A stretch of DNA of 62,000 bases, the filler included, from Basidioascus undulatus (Eukaryota): NCBI GenBank assembly GCA_000826855.1. It is 11 parts of 11 records of this genome, joined end to end, with 100 filler letters (N's around TTAATTAATTAA, not from the genome) between each part and the next. Parts side by side here need not be neighbours in the genome. Positions count along the whole stretch, not along the records: positions 33,980 to 39,514 come from JTLS01001916.1; positions 39,615 to 45,147 come from JTLS01001917.1; positions 45,248 to 50,769 come from JTLS01001918.1; 8 more parts are not named here. One strand, given 5' to 3'. Numbering within the stretch: the first letter of the stretch is position 1; each line of letters begins with the position of its first letter. The notes beneath the pieces were generated by a model that worked only from the letters and a program-made list of their open reading frames with translations, was not told the origin of the DNA and made no database searches. The translations under genes and the position numbers were made by a program. This document shows, one piece after another, positions 33,980 to 46,010 of the stretch.

Positions 33980-36588
33980 GCTGAACAGCTGGGTGAACCC
34001 CCCCCCTCCCCCCGGGCCCTCCCCATCCTCATCCCCGCCAAACCCGAACCCATCCCCAAAGTCGAACCCTCCTGCACCATCCTCCTCCTGCCCTGGCGCG
34101 CGCGGCTCCGCATCCTCATCCTCGTCCCGGACCTGGAGGACCCCGCGCCGGCGAGGGTGCTTCCGACGCGGGGCGACGACGTTCTCGGACTCGTTCTCGG
34201 CGTCGGGCTCGTCGTCGGCGGGAGCAGATTGGGGCGCGGGCGCGATGGAAGACTGGGAGGGGACGTTCTCCTTGTCATCCTCGGCGGGGTTGGCGTGCGA
34301 GTCGGGCGCGGGCGCGGGTGCGGGTACGGGACCGGCGAGCGGGGCGTTCTCCTTGTCCTGCGACGCTTCGTCCTCGTCCTCGTCCTCCTTAGCGTCGGCG
34401 TCCGCATCCGCGTCCTGGATGTCCTCGATCTCGGACCCGAGGATCTCCTCCTCCTCGCCCTCTTCGCCCTCCCTCCACTCCCCATCGCCCTCCTCCCCCT
34501 CCTCATCCTCCTCGATCTCCTCCTGCTTCTCCTCCTTGCCCACAGCAGCCGCCTCCCTCTCCCTCAGCGCCGCCAGCGGGTCCCTCCGTTTAGGCAGCTC
34601 GACCCGTCGCACCCTTCTCCCCCGCCGCTCCGCCTCCTCCTCCTCCCTCCTCTTCCGCTCCAGCGCCTGCTCCGCGCGCTTCCGCCTCAAGCACGCCTGC
34701 AGGTCCTCATCATGCGCGCCCAGGGACGTGCGCGCCCGCACACCCTTGTCCGACACGCCCTGGAACTTCTGCACGCGCCTGAACTCGAGCGAGCGCCGGC
34801 CGGGCGCGTACTTCGGGAGCCCCTTGAGCGGCGCCATGAGCACGCGCGTGTCGACGATCTCGAGGTCGGAGTCGGAGTCGGATGAGTCTGCGGCGGGCGC
34901 GGCGGGCGCGGGAGCGGAGTGGCGAGGCCGCTTGGAGGAGGAGGCAGCGGAGGAAGAGGCGAGCGCCCGGCGCTTCAGCTCTGCCAGACGCTCCTGCGCG
35001 GCGCGCTGCTCGCGCGTAGCGGCTTCGTCCGCCCAGAGGGACTCCGCCATCTCGTTGCCGTCCTTGTACTTGAGCGCCTCCGCTTCCTCGTCGTCCGACA
35101 GCGCGAGCGCGAGCGACTTGGGCTCGGCGGCGCGGGCGGGTGCCGGTGCGGAATCGGCGAGTGGCGTAGCCACGAGGGCGGGAGTGGGGGTGGACGCCCG
35201 TTGTTGGTGCGGGGTGCGGCGAGGGGAGGACGCGTCCTCGATCGGGTCGCTCGACTGGTGCGGCGGGAGCGTGGACGGCTCGCCCGACCCGCGGAGGGAG
35301 CCAAAGCCGCCAGGGGAGGAACTGCCTATGACGATGGGGCCCGACGGAGGAGGGGGGCGGGTGAGGCGCTTACTGTTACGATGAACGTAGTGGGGGATGG
35401 TCAGACACGTTGGGGGAGAGACGGGAGAGGGGATGAAAGAGGGAGAGGGAAGGCGCACTTGTTGATGGCGTTCAGTAGACCAGAGAGCGTGAGACGCTTC
35501 GACGTGGCGGGGAGGGCGACGGCTTGTTCTGCATAACGAATCGCATCAGAAAAGGCGGAACAAGAAAATTGGAGCAGAGCAAGGGCGACTGCAAAACGCA
35601 CCTCTGAGGATCCTCGCCGTCTCGCGCTCCATCTTGGCCATCTCATCCTTCCTGAGCCCGCCCTGCGCGACACGCCCACATCAGACCGCTTTTCCACAAC
35701 CTCATCAAGAGTAAACGGACGAGTCACCCTCGGCTTCCTCGTCTTCTCCTTTCCTTTCCCCTTGCCCTTCCCCTCCGCGCGCGGGCTCCTGTCGAACAGG
35801 ATCTCCCCCAGCTCCGTCCGCTCGCGCTCGTGCTCCCCCTCGTCCTCCGGCGCCCACTCGACGCGCTTCGCCTCTGCCATGCGCGCAAGCTTCTCCTTCC
35901 GCGGGAGCGTCGGGGATGGGGAGGAAGATCGGGGACGCGATTCGGTGGTGGCGGCGAGCGCAGCGGCACGGGACGTGGGGAGATCGTCAGAGTCGTTGTC
36001 CTCCTCATCGTCCGTGTCGGCGATGACCCGCCGCTTCGCGTGCGGTTTCCCGGCGATCGGCGCCATCGCGGGCTGGCTGCTCTCCTGGATCTCGGATGTC
36101 TGTGTGAGCTCGGGGAACGAATCGGACCCGAAGAGGTCGCGCGATGGTGGTGCGGGTGCGGGTGCGGGTTCGGGCTCGGGCGCAGGGGCGGGTGCAGGTA
36201 CGGAGGGGACAGCATCGTCCGGCGCGTCGTCGATCTTCTTGAGGTCGTCGCGCCAGTTGCCGATCCCGAGCGAGCGCTTCAGGTCCGCGACATCCGAGCC
36301 CGCGTCTGAGTCGTCGCCGCTGCTGCTGCTGCTGCTACTTCTCGCGTCCTCCTCCGCGAGTCTGCGCTTGCCGCCCGCCCTCGCCTTCGCTGGTGGGGAC
36401 GAAGGGTCCGTTGCGTCCCCGCCGTGCGCCTGGCGCGCGTCCGTGTCAAACAGCGGGTCGGCGTCAGCGTTGGGCGAGGCGGAAGACGAGCGCGACGCCT
36501 CGGCCTCTGGCTCGGGCGCGACGGGCTTCGCGCGTCCGTAGGTGACTTTTGGGCGCGGGCGCGCGGGAGGCGGGGATGGGGAGGCCAT
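33980..36588 (-). CDS. Mrc1/claspin-like replication checkpoint mediator, 3' end lost in gap
   Basis: Long acidic disordered exons starting MASPSPPPARPRPKVTYGR, with EMAKMERETARILR and, at the gap, DFGDGFGFGG...GGGFTQLFS. MCB elements upstream support a G1/S gene. Confidence 0.7.
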
Positions 36589-36719
36589 GGACGCTAATGG
36601 GTATATGGATGGGTATAATGGGATGGATGAGGGTATGGGGGCAAGGGAAGACGATGTGCGTGGTACGAGAGAAGGAGGGAGTCTGGAATCAAGAGCGATT
36701 CCACGGCAATTCATCAAAA

Positions 36720-36746
36720 GTCGCGCGGAGTCGCGCGGTACGCGTT
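36720..36746. promoter_or_regulatory. MCB-like cluster (CGCG x2 plus ACGCGT at 36740-36745; second ACGCGT at 36959-36964) upstream of the MRC1-like gene
   Basis: Sequence tcgcgcggagtcgcgcggtacgcgtt lies about 130-160 bp upstream of the ATG. MRC1 is an MBF target in yeasts. Confidence 0.5.
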
Positions 36747-37114
36747 CTGTCACTGTCAGTATCAACCCAACACCTGACAGCGCTGGGTTCGACTTCGCTG
36801 GGCATCTCGAAGCGACTGCCCGAGGATGAGTGAGGTCCTAAGTCCTTCGATAAAGCCCTGTCTAATGGGTCTGAAAATGAGAGGACTTCGGATGAATCCA
36901 AGCCCTACCTCCCCTAACTGTAGGTGCTACTAACTGCAGGTGCTACTGCAGATCTGCGACGCGTTCTGATCGAGCAGGTTTGACGGTCTTTGACATTCAT
37001 GAAAACGTTCTCTTCGACCTTGATGGTATCGCGAAGGACGGTCTTCATCTGATAAGTTTGCACAAGCTGAAAAATGTGCAGAACGAACATAGGGGGGTCC
37101 CGCATCTATTCCCT

Positions 37115-37950
37115 CTACATCGCCCACAGCGTCCCCCGCATAGCCTCCTCAAACATCCACTTGCTGTGATAAGCCGCCATCCCCACGTCCTCTACAATGC
37201 AGAACGTCTCAAGCTCTTTTCTCTCAGCCCCAAGGCTCTCCAATTCCGCCCGAACTCGCGCGGCACCTCCATCACTAACCACCAGCGCCGCGCTATTGAG
37301 CGCCAGCACGACGCGCTCCAGCGCGGGGTGTATGATCGATCGATAGGAGGCAGCGCGCGAGGTTTCCCGAGAGCCTGGTCGTCTTCAGGCCGCCGACGAG
37401 ATGTGTGATCCCGCACTCGGGAAGTGTGGGGAATGCGTGAAAAGTCCGGTCCCAGAGTCTGATGCGGGGGTAGTCCAGCCTCCGAAAGAGGGCGCGTCAA
37501 CCTCCACCGAGTGCATGTCGTGCGGCGCATAGCTGGTCGCGACGCGCCGGACGTGCGGTGCGACCGCAACCATTATGGCGCAGAGCTCCAAACCCAGCCC
37601 AGTAGCGGGCGAACGGTTTCGATGATGCGGTCTGTAGACGTGATCGCAGCGCGAAGGAGTAGACGTGCGCGGCGAGGTCCGGTCGGTTTGCGAGCGTGCG
37701 AGAGAGATGAGTTTGCTGGAGACCGCTCGAGCAGACGATCGAGGAGTAGAGCGCTTTGGAGGCAAGGGAGTATAGCGACTTGTTCACGATGCAGAGCGCG
37801 GCCAGCGTGGCTCTGTCGCACGAGTAGGCGAACGGATGGGACGGCAAGGCGGCGGCGCCGATGATGAGTGCGAGGATATCGACCGGAAGACCACGGGCTA
37901 ATGTCGATCGAAGGTTTTCGTGAGCTCGTGTGGGGAGGGTGGGTGATCTG
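37115..37950 (-). pseudogene. Frameshifted F-box-like gene
   Basis: GLPVDILALIIGAA...DRATLAALCIVNKSLYSLASKALYSSIV...LSRTLANRPDLAAHV is typical of basidiomycete F-box proteins. Coding-like sequence continues in other frames to ...WMFEEAMRGTLWAM*, with no obvious introns at the switches. Confidence 0.55.
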
Positions 37951-38914
37951 TGAGGCGATAATGGTGGTTACTGGTCAACATGCAACGAGCTCGGCATCGG
38001 CCCAATTTCGCATGCGCTTGTACCTTGTTGTAGTTACCCAACGTCTCCAGGACACTTCCCTGCCTGAGCGCTCTGCGCATGTTCTTGTTTTTTCTGCGAG
38101 TACGTGTCCCCGTACAGACCGCGCAAGGTCGGAGACTTACGTATTCTCCATCGGGATGTCCTGACCCATGGGCGATCTGGCGGGATCGCTCCACATCAAA
38201 AAAAACAATGGCCTGCACACGAGCCGTCTTCCTCCCCCTCTTCCCTTTTCCCATCATCCCACCGACCACCATGTACTCCCACCTCTCCCCATTCAGTAAT
38301 ATACTGCTTGACCGCTCCCCACCTCCTGTCTGAACGCTAACATCTGATCATGAACCGCCCCCAATTCTCCTCTCCGTCCACTTTTCATCTTCTGCTCCAC
38401 ACGGACCGGGTACCCCTCATCAGACACCCGCCCTCGCGTCTCCTCCATAGCAGGGCGGGTCACATCACCGAGGGAAGATTGATGGGGGTTCCCCCTTGCT
38501 CTCCCACACTTACAGCGCTCGTCCGTTGAACGCGCTCGTTTTCAAACCGCGTTCGATTGAGCTCGCTTGCCTTGGGAGGGACATGTTGTCGCTTTGATCT
38601 TGGTATGTTGCTTTCTACTCGGGCTGTAAATCTGGGGCCACCGCTGGGAACGTCGAGACGCCGGATGGATCGTTTGTCGTCGGGAAGAGTGCATCCGTGT
38701 ACCTTCAGTTCCTACCCAACCCACTACGCAAGCATCAAGACCATCATCCTCGAAAACATCATGCATAGCGATAGCGCTCAAAACCGCGCGAAAAACAAAA
38801 CAATTAAGCAAAAAGAAATCGAAAGAGAACAGCTCCTCTTTCGCGGAAGGTCAACAACAACGCCTCATGATCAAGGCACCCAAGAATCTACGCCTCCCCG
38901 TCTGCTTCGTGAAG

Positions 38915-39514
38915 CTAAGCCGCGGTCGTGGCCTCGCCACCACTCGCCACGGGCGCCACGCCGAGGGGCAAGAAGTCCTCATCTGCGACTTCCTGCGGCG
39001 CCCAGCTCGTGCGGCGCAGGTGCTCGCTCGCAGTCGCGACGTTGAGGATGTTCATGCGCTTTGCGCCAGTGCCCTTCACCCCGCAAGGAAGGTTATCAGT
39101 CACAAGGGACCAGAAAAAAAAACGGATGAGCGGGGAACTCACCAGCTCCGCCTTCGGGTCCGCGACGCGGAAGTAGCCCACAAAGTCGCGCGGGAGGGCG
39201 GAGGGTAGGATGAGCGTGTGGACGGGCGGCTTGAACGGGCGGATGCGCGCGAGCGCGTCGGCGAGTTGCTGCGTACCCTCATCATCGCATCAGCTTCCAC
39301 ATCGACGGAGAAGGTAAGGCGACCCACGATGCTGATTCCCAGCGCAAGACGGATGTCGTCGCGCTCGCCGCGCGCCGTGGGGGGGACGACGACGAGGAGC
39401 TCGAGCGGCGCGTGGAGGACGATGACCCGCTTGGCGTCCTCCAGCGCGCGGAGAGACGGGCTGGCGATGCGGCGGGGCAGTTCGCCGACCTTGACCTCCC
39501 ACACGCTCAGCGCC
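38915..39514 (-). CDS. 3' part of a conserved-looking hypothetical protein, 5' end lost in gap
   Basis: GC3-rich exons ...LHAPLELLVVVPPTARGERDDIRLAL | ...IRPFKPPVHTLILPSALPRDFVGYFRVADPKAEL | ...RMNILNVATASEHL...TTAA*, with a GTGAGT donor at about 39141. Confidence 0.6.
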
Positions 39515-40509
39515 NNNNNNNNNNNNNNNNNNNNNNNNNNNNNNNNNNNNNNNNNNNNTTAATTAATTAANNNNNNNNNNNNNNNNNNNNNNNNNNNNNN
39601 NNNNNNNNNNNNNNGAGGGAGAGGAGAAAGGGGGCGTATAGAGATAATATGAGGATGGCGGAGAGGAAAGATGAGGGAGCAGGGAAGAGAGAAGGCGGTG
39701 GGTCTGTGTTCGGTGCGGAGTCGGACAAGCGCGGGGAAGCCGGGTCAGGGCCAAAGCCGCGTCCGGCGGACAACCCGGTGTGAAACGTCTTCCATACGTT
39801 TGACAGTGCATGGCTCAGAATGGATGCTTAACGTCCCTGGGACATTAAAGGGTATTGGAAGTAGGTTCAGAGTACCGGAAATCACCGAAGCTCTCTTCGG
39901 ATGACGTGAAACGGCTCGACTGGACTGAACATCCAGTTACCGGCTTCAGCAGACTCGACGGATTACAACTAGAAAGGAGGTTGCGTGCACACACTGCAAG
40001 TCGGAAAATCTACTGTCCAGACCACCCAGTTTCCAGTGAACCGAGGCTTTGTTGTTGAAAGAGGCTGCAGCGAAGACATGAGCACGCTTGCGCAGACTCG
40101 GTTGCCCCACAGGCTCGCAGCAACCAGTTCTCATCAAGTCAACATTCATCTGATTCCGCTATTAAAGGTGCTTTTAGAAGGGTTTCCGGCCAGACTTGAG
40201 CTGATTCAGCATGACCATACGGGGAGCTTCGCTGAAACAAGACTACGAGATAAGTTGGGGACCCGTACGCTAGGTCTGCTTTCACAACTGCCTATCACTC
40301 AAATGTTTTAATTCTTATACTTAAAAGATAAAGAGACGGGTATCTAAACATCAACTGCAGGTTATGATAGTAAAAAAAGGACAATCTCAACGCCCACAGG
40401 CGGGCCGCGTAAGTTTTCCACGTGGCGTCTGCACCCCGAAAAAACTTAATCCCTGGAGCGCAACGCCCGCCTTCACCACCATATTTCCCTATCCACCAAC
40501 CTCCTCCAA

Positions 40510-41310
40510 CATGCCTGTCCGCTCGCGCACCAGCACCAGCGTCAACGCAACAGCGGCGCCGCCGAGTGACACCAGATGCTCGTGGAGCTCGAGCACCTCG
40601 CGAAGGGCTTGGTCAAGGTCTACACTGACAGAGTCGCTTTCAGGGATACCGCCGCGCAGAAGCATGCTATGAAAACTCTGGGCGAGTCTCTCCTCCCTTT
40701 CAGTCGCTCCTTGCCCCTGCTGATTCCACCCAACAACGCGTCCAGCGCCCGACTCGGACGAGCATGCCGACGGGAAAGCGCACCTAAACAGCGCAAACAC
40801 GGCGGCTCATGCACTACGAAAGGTCGGCGAAGGGACGCTGTACGCCTTCTGCTCGCGCCCGCCTCGAATCTTAGCGTCCACTCCTGCTGGCCGGGAGGAA
40901 GTGGGCGGGATGTCGGAAGAGCGCAAGGCGCGTGGAGGAGTACGAGCGCGAGGCAATGGTGTGACGCCCTTACGCGCTGTGGGTTCGAGGTGATAAGGTG
41001 AGTACTCCTCGAAGTTTTGCTTTCTATGACTCTCACTGGGGATGAGTGGACCGCCCACACCGGTACGACGGAGAGGCACCGCCTCGGCGCGATCGCGGGC
41101 ATCCCACTTGTCCTTCCGTTCTTCAAGTGCATAGGAAACAGGGGTTACGGTGCGGTTGTGGGGCAAGTCTGGGTGGACTGCGTCGGGAACGTGCACTCGG
41201 ATGCGGCGGTCTCGACGCAGCGGGGGATGGAGGACGTCGTGGCCGCTCTGAGGGATGGAAGGGAGCCGCCGGTCGGTGGGACGGGTTGTGAAAAGGTACT
41301 TAGGAACTGA
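40510..41310 (+). pseudogene. Possible decayed gene with frameshifts and intron remnants
   Basis: ATG in CCAACATG context. Coding-like blocks lie in shifting frames (MLVELEHLAKGLVKVYTDR…, RRVEEYEREAMV*, HRLGAIAGIPLVLPFFK…) with GCGAGT and GTGAGT donor-like sites. Confidence 0.3.
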
Positions 41311-41707
41311 GTTAGGGTATGGTTGTGAAATAGAAATCGTGCGAGAGTAGTGTTGGACGAGGCTGTGAGCGCAGTCATTGACTTGCGAACGTAAGGCAGA
41401 CTTGAAGCACAACCACCTGGGCTAGGATGGAGTTTACGAAAGGAGGCAAGCTTGGAATATTAAGATGTTCTACAGAGCAGTCATTCAAGACCGAACGAAC
41501 CCTCATTGTAGGTACAAGGGTGCCGTCGTCTATGATTGGATTGGGTAGCACTCCAAGGAGACCACGGACCACAAGTTCCAATACGACCAGCCCCTGCCCT
41601 TCTTGCACTATGCTTTTTTAATAACCAAGCGGCTGCCAACGCCACCCAAACTGCACGCCAGCTTCAATAATCTATCGTTCAACAGAACCCCCCACGCCCC
41701 CCTCAAC

Positions 41708-42351
41708 ATGTCCCAAATCCCCTTCGCCACTCTTGTGCCCGAGCTCATCCTCGCTATCGGAGCCGCGTGTGACCCGGCGACGCTCAAGGCCTTCTCGCTC
41801 GTCAGCTCGCCAATACGCGCCCTCATGCTCCCGCTTCTTCCGAGGAGCTAAAAGTCCCTTGTATACTCGCGAAGAGCGTGATGCTTGTGAGGTGGGCAAA
41901 GGAATGCCCGAGGGCAGCGGGGGCAGTGAGGTGAGTCCTTGTAAAACGCGCTTCATTCCACGGCGAACTGTGGGTCGAAGTAGCCTTGCGCAGGGTACTG
42001 GATGTGAATGTCCACGATGTGGTCAACTTGAGCCCTAAATAGCCCTCCGACTCGATCTTCCCGTTCCTACTCCTCATGGTCGCTGCCTTCCCGCGTCTGC
42101 GCTCCTTCTCGGCCCTGCGGCACCCTCTTCCGACGCACCTTCTCGCTTCTTTCGGGTCTGTCTTCACACCGCGCCTCCCATCACGAAACTTGGGATCGGC
42201 ATTGAAGGCTTTAGGACCGACAGTGCACTTCCAGCGCTGCACAGCCTTGAGAGCCTCGCCATCTACGCTGGGGCCGCTCCGCATGCCACAGCAGGTCTCC
42301 AGAGCGCTGACCCGCGGCCTGATCTATGGCTCGAGCTGGGAAAAGACTTGA
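41708..42351 (+). pseudogene. F-box-like pseudogene
   Basis: MSQIPFATLVPELILAIGAACDPATLKAFSLVSSPIRALMLPLL has an F-box LxPEL..I pattern, then stops at 41851. Fragmentary frames follow. Confidence 0.55.
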
Positions 42352-42479
42352 CTGCCCTCATATCTTCCAACGCATCATTCCTGTGCGTCCTCGAGTTCGA
42401 CTACGGCATGGCTTATTCGAGGTTTCCCGCTTACGACGCAGATGCCGTTCACTTTCTCGTTTCGGCGCTCGATTCCTGC

Positions 42480-43570
42480 TCGCTCCGTAGCATAGCGAAA
42501 GACCTGCGGAGATGAGTAGCTCGGTGGAGTGGTACAACACTGAGGAGGCGCAGAAGGGCAGGAAAGATTCTTAAGCAGTAAGTTTTAATTTTTAGACGGA
42601 AGGTGCTTCAAAGTGCGCAATTGAAAGACTTGCTGATATGTTCTGCGAGTCGGACAGTTGCGCCGGCTCCGTAGAGGGCGCAGCCCTGAGGAGGCGGAAA
42701 AGGGGAGCTCATAGATATCCGTCTTGTGTCTTGATTCTTAACAGAGAGGGAAGTTTAAGTCATACGGCGAGCGATCTGCAAAGAGTCGCCATAATATGCG
42801 AGTCGGACAGCGGTGGAGCACCACAACCGCTCCGTAGAGCAGGGCAGCGGCATGCCGGAGGTAGCGCCAAAAGGACCTATATGAGACCTTGAGAGAATAT
42901 ACTTCATTCTTTAGACTTGAATCGAAGCATTTTGAAGGGTCTATCAATACATATGTCTGTGAGTGGGACAGCCGCGCTGCCAGACGACACCTCCAGAGAG
43001 CAGCGGCGACCCTGAGTAAGCGGACCCTGAGGAAGCGCGAGTGAGGAGAACGCTCTTGAATCTTGAATGTTTAGTCTTGATTCTTGCCTAGAAACTGATA
43101 GCGAAGTGGATGTTGAGCGTTCTGCAAAGAGAGTGAGTAGAACAGCCGCAACACGCGCTGCTTAACGGCTCCGCAGAGCAGTGACAACCCGGATGAAGTG
43201 TGAGAGGAGAATGAAACTTTAAGACTTAATTTGATTCTTGGATCTTCTTTGAAACCGGCCGTCAGAGTCGGGCAGCGGGAGATCGGTGAGCACAACAGGC
43301 ACGCCTGTCCGAATCGCGTTCGGCGTTCGACAGCTCCACAAAGCAGCGACAGCTCGGAGGAAGTGCTAGAAGGAGGCCTTGATTCTTGATCCTTAACCTT
43401 GGCTCTTATCCGGACGAACAACGAGAGATCTGCGAAGCGTGAGCAGAACCGACACGCTAACGCGCTGTTCGACAGCTCCGCAGAGCAGCGACAACCCGGA
43501 GGAAGCGCTCGAGGGCCCATGGCGATATTGATCTTGAATTTTTGGCTCTTGATTCATGATTCTTGTGCTG
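42480..43570 (+). repeat. Degenerate tandem array of 6-7 units, about 150-175 bp each
   Basis: Recurring blocks G(T/C)GAG(T/C)nnnACAG, then CTCCGYAG-AGCAGCGACAACCCGGAGGAAGCG, then CTTGATTCTTG, then GAGCGWTCTGCRAAG. The first block starts at 42645, 42798, 42959, 43133, 43286 and 43439. Confidence 0.85.
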
Positions 43571-44289
43571 AAAGCAGGGTGGGCGGGAAGAGAAGGAGAG
43601 GGTGAAGGGCGAGCGGCGAGTCGAGCGCTGGGCGGATGCGGAGGACTGCGAGGAATGGAATGTGCCGTCTCACTCTGGACGCGGGCGCGCGCTACGGGTG
43701 GGGGTCTTGGTCATGGCTGTGTGTGTAGATAACTTTGTTCGAGGACTTGGATGCTGCGACAAGCGCAATAGGGCAATGGTGTCCTGCAAGGGGGATCGAA
43801 AGCAGGGCCTCGGAGAGTGTGTTGAAAGACTGTCCAGCACGACTGTACAACTGTACACTTCCCCAAGTGAAGGTCTCCCTCGGGGCAAGAACGGCTAGGG
43901 CGGAGGATTGAAACAAAGATATCAAGTACATTCTTCATAACTTCCCATTTTCGTGTCCATCGAGACTCGCATCGAGCAGTGCGAGGCCAGCCTGTGACGA
44001 TCGTCGTCCTCAGCGAGTGACCTGTCCCAGGCCGGGTCGCGCGTTCCGGTCCCTGTCCCCGGCCGCGTCGACTTCATCCAGCAGAGGGTATGTCTTTGCC
44101 GCGGGCGGGCCGCACGTTCGTTTGTCTCTGCCTCTGTCCTCCCAACTGCCTCGCTTTCTCTCTACCTTGGTTCCTACCCTCCTCGCCGTGCAATATTCCA
44201 TTAATTGACGCGGCTAAATCACCTACAAGTTCTTTATACTTCCCCATCGTGCCTTTTCGACCTCGATCTCGGTCAGACTCGCGCCCGCC

Positions 44290-45147
44290 ATGCCCTCGAC
44301 GACGCGCCCGCCCTTGCCAGAGTCGCTCAACCCGCTCCTCGACGCCTCGGAGCTCCCCAGCCCCAAGTTCCAGCAGGTGCGACCACCCCCACACCATACC
44401 ATCCCCTTCCCGCACTTCATGGCGAAGGGGGGAACGAGTGGCTTATTTTCTGGGCTGTGGGAACGCGTTGGGGTTGCGTATGGGGGAAGCAGATCGAGAG
44501 GGATGGGAAGTTGATCACCATCGCGCGGTTGAAGATCCGCGTGCCGGCAAGCGAGGCTGCCGTGAGTCTACCCTTCTCCACGCCCTACACCTCGACGCCC
44601 CCCCACCGTCTTTCTCCTCAAGCGTCGCTGACCCCCCCTCCTTCCCCGCCCAATCAGCCCGCCACGCCCTCCGCGAAGCGCGCCTCCGCGAACGGGGAGT
44701 CGCACTCGTTCATCCTCCGGCGGTACGACTGCGACGCGATCTCGCTCACCTCGATGTTCAAGACGGCCTTCCCCGCGGCCGACGCCGCCGCCGAGCAGGC
44801 CGAGGCGAGCTGGGTCAAGCAGGAGTTCGACTGCACGCTCGTCCCCGCACCGTCGTGGGACGGCGCGAAGCTGACCAAGCTCGCTGGGACGTGGTGGGTC
44901 TTCTTTGCCTTCCCCTCTTCCCTCTTCCCGTCTTCTCTCTTTCACGTCTTCCCTTTTCGCCTTCTTCCCTGGATCAACAAGGCATTGATGCTCTTTGATC
45001 CGCGCACAGGGTCCCAATCGACGTCGCCGCCGAACTCGCGCCCTCCTACGGCCTGGCCTCGCACCTCCCCGCGCTCGTGGACGCGCACACGCCCGATCTA
45101 CACGACTACCACACTCGCCAGCGGGTGCGTTCTCCCTCCGTCGCGGC
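44290..45147 (+). CDS. APSES/KilA-N domain protein, Bqt4-like; 3' end lost in gap
   Basis: Spliced: MPSTTRPPLPESLNPLL..PKFQ|QIERDGKLITIARLKI...HSFILRRYDCDAISLTSMFKTAFP.A...AEQAEASWVK...KLAGTW|VPIDVAAELAPSYGL. The MFKxAFP and GxWVP..A..LA..YGL motifs are characteristic. Confidence 0.82.
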
Positions 45148-45717
45148 NNNNNNNNNNNNNNNNNNNNNNNNNNNNNNNNNNNNNNNNNNNNTTAATTAAT
45201 TAANNNNNNNNNNNNNNNNNNNNNNNNNNNNNNNNNNNNNNNNNNNNTTTTTTTATAGAAGGAATGTCGTCATTAGGCGAAGGGAACCCCTACAAGAGGC
45301 TGTCCATTGGGATTTTCCTCCTACTCGAAGATCGTTTGGAAAAAGACCTGCGTCTTCGTGTTGCTGGCGTGCGCAGTATTCCCTGTGCGCGCGACCCTCC
45401 TCCAGTTAAGGTAACGTTGACGCTACATGCAGTTTTTGCAGAATGTTTAGGACCTCTCATAATAATGTACACGAGGCCTTCGATGCAAGTATGCTTTGAA
45501 GCACATTCACTGGTTGTCGGCTCGTCTTGGCGAGGAACCGGTCCCGTTAACCCATGTGAGGATGGTCACTTGTAGTCTCTCGATAATCCCGAAGAATAGA
45601 ACAGTTTTTCATGAGAAAAGAGGGGTCTCTCGACTTGAGAGAAGGGCTTATGTCAAAGCCTTCTTGTAGCCTGTCGAGTCCCGACCAGAAAGTTTTCCTT
45701 GCTTCAGCCTCCGAGAC

Positions 45718-45945
45718 TTGCCCGCACGACCCCGTCTCGAAGATTTCCCTGGAGAGGTGCGGCTCGCGGTTATGAATATCGACGTCCTGAGTCTCGCCCA
45801 CTTACGGTGCGCAAACAGAGAATATATTTATTTCACGAAGGCTGTCATTTTCGAGCCGGTCATACCATCTCGTGGTTGGCCTTGCGGGGCCACAGTTCAC
45901 CGTCAGCGCATCACCGCATCGCCCCAGAATATATCCAGCATCTAG
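45718..45945 (+). pseudogene. F-box-like fragment
   Basis: RLEDFPGEVRLAVMNIDVLSLAHLRCANREY fits an F-box consensus. No ATG or intact body is evident. Confidence 0.3.
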
Positions 45946-46010
45946 TTTATAAATTTGGTATCCTCAAGAAGCACCGAGGTCCCCCTCCCCGCAAGCTCGT
46001 GAAGTACCTC

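Noticed and set aside
33993..35384. 463-aa plus-strand ORF, and similar long antisense ORFs at 2448-3578, 31730-32629 and 53035-53967
   Set aside because: These are antisense shadows of GC3-rich real genes on the opposite strand.
30860..36588. RTT109 + MRC1-like replication-stress gene cluster
   Set aside because: The genes lie on different contigs separated by an artificial spacer.
36914..36951. Short tandem CTAACTGYAGGTGCTA x2 plus a partial copy
   Set aside because: Real but trivial slippage duplication with no indication of function.
42480..43570. CRISPR array
   Set aside because: The context is eukaryotic, the units are about 160 bp and degenerate with no identical 23-47 bp repeats, and there are no cas genes.
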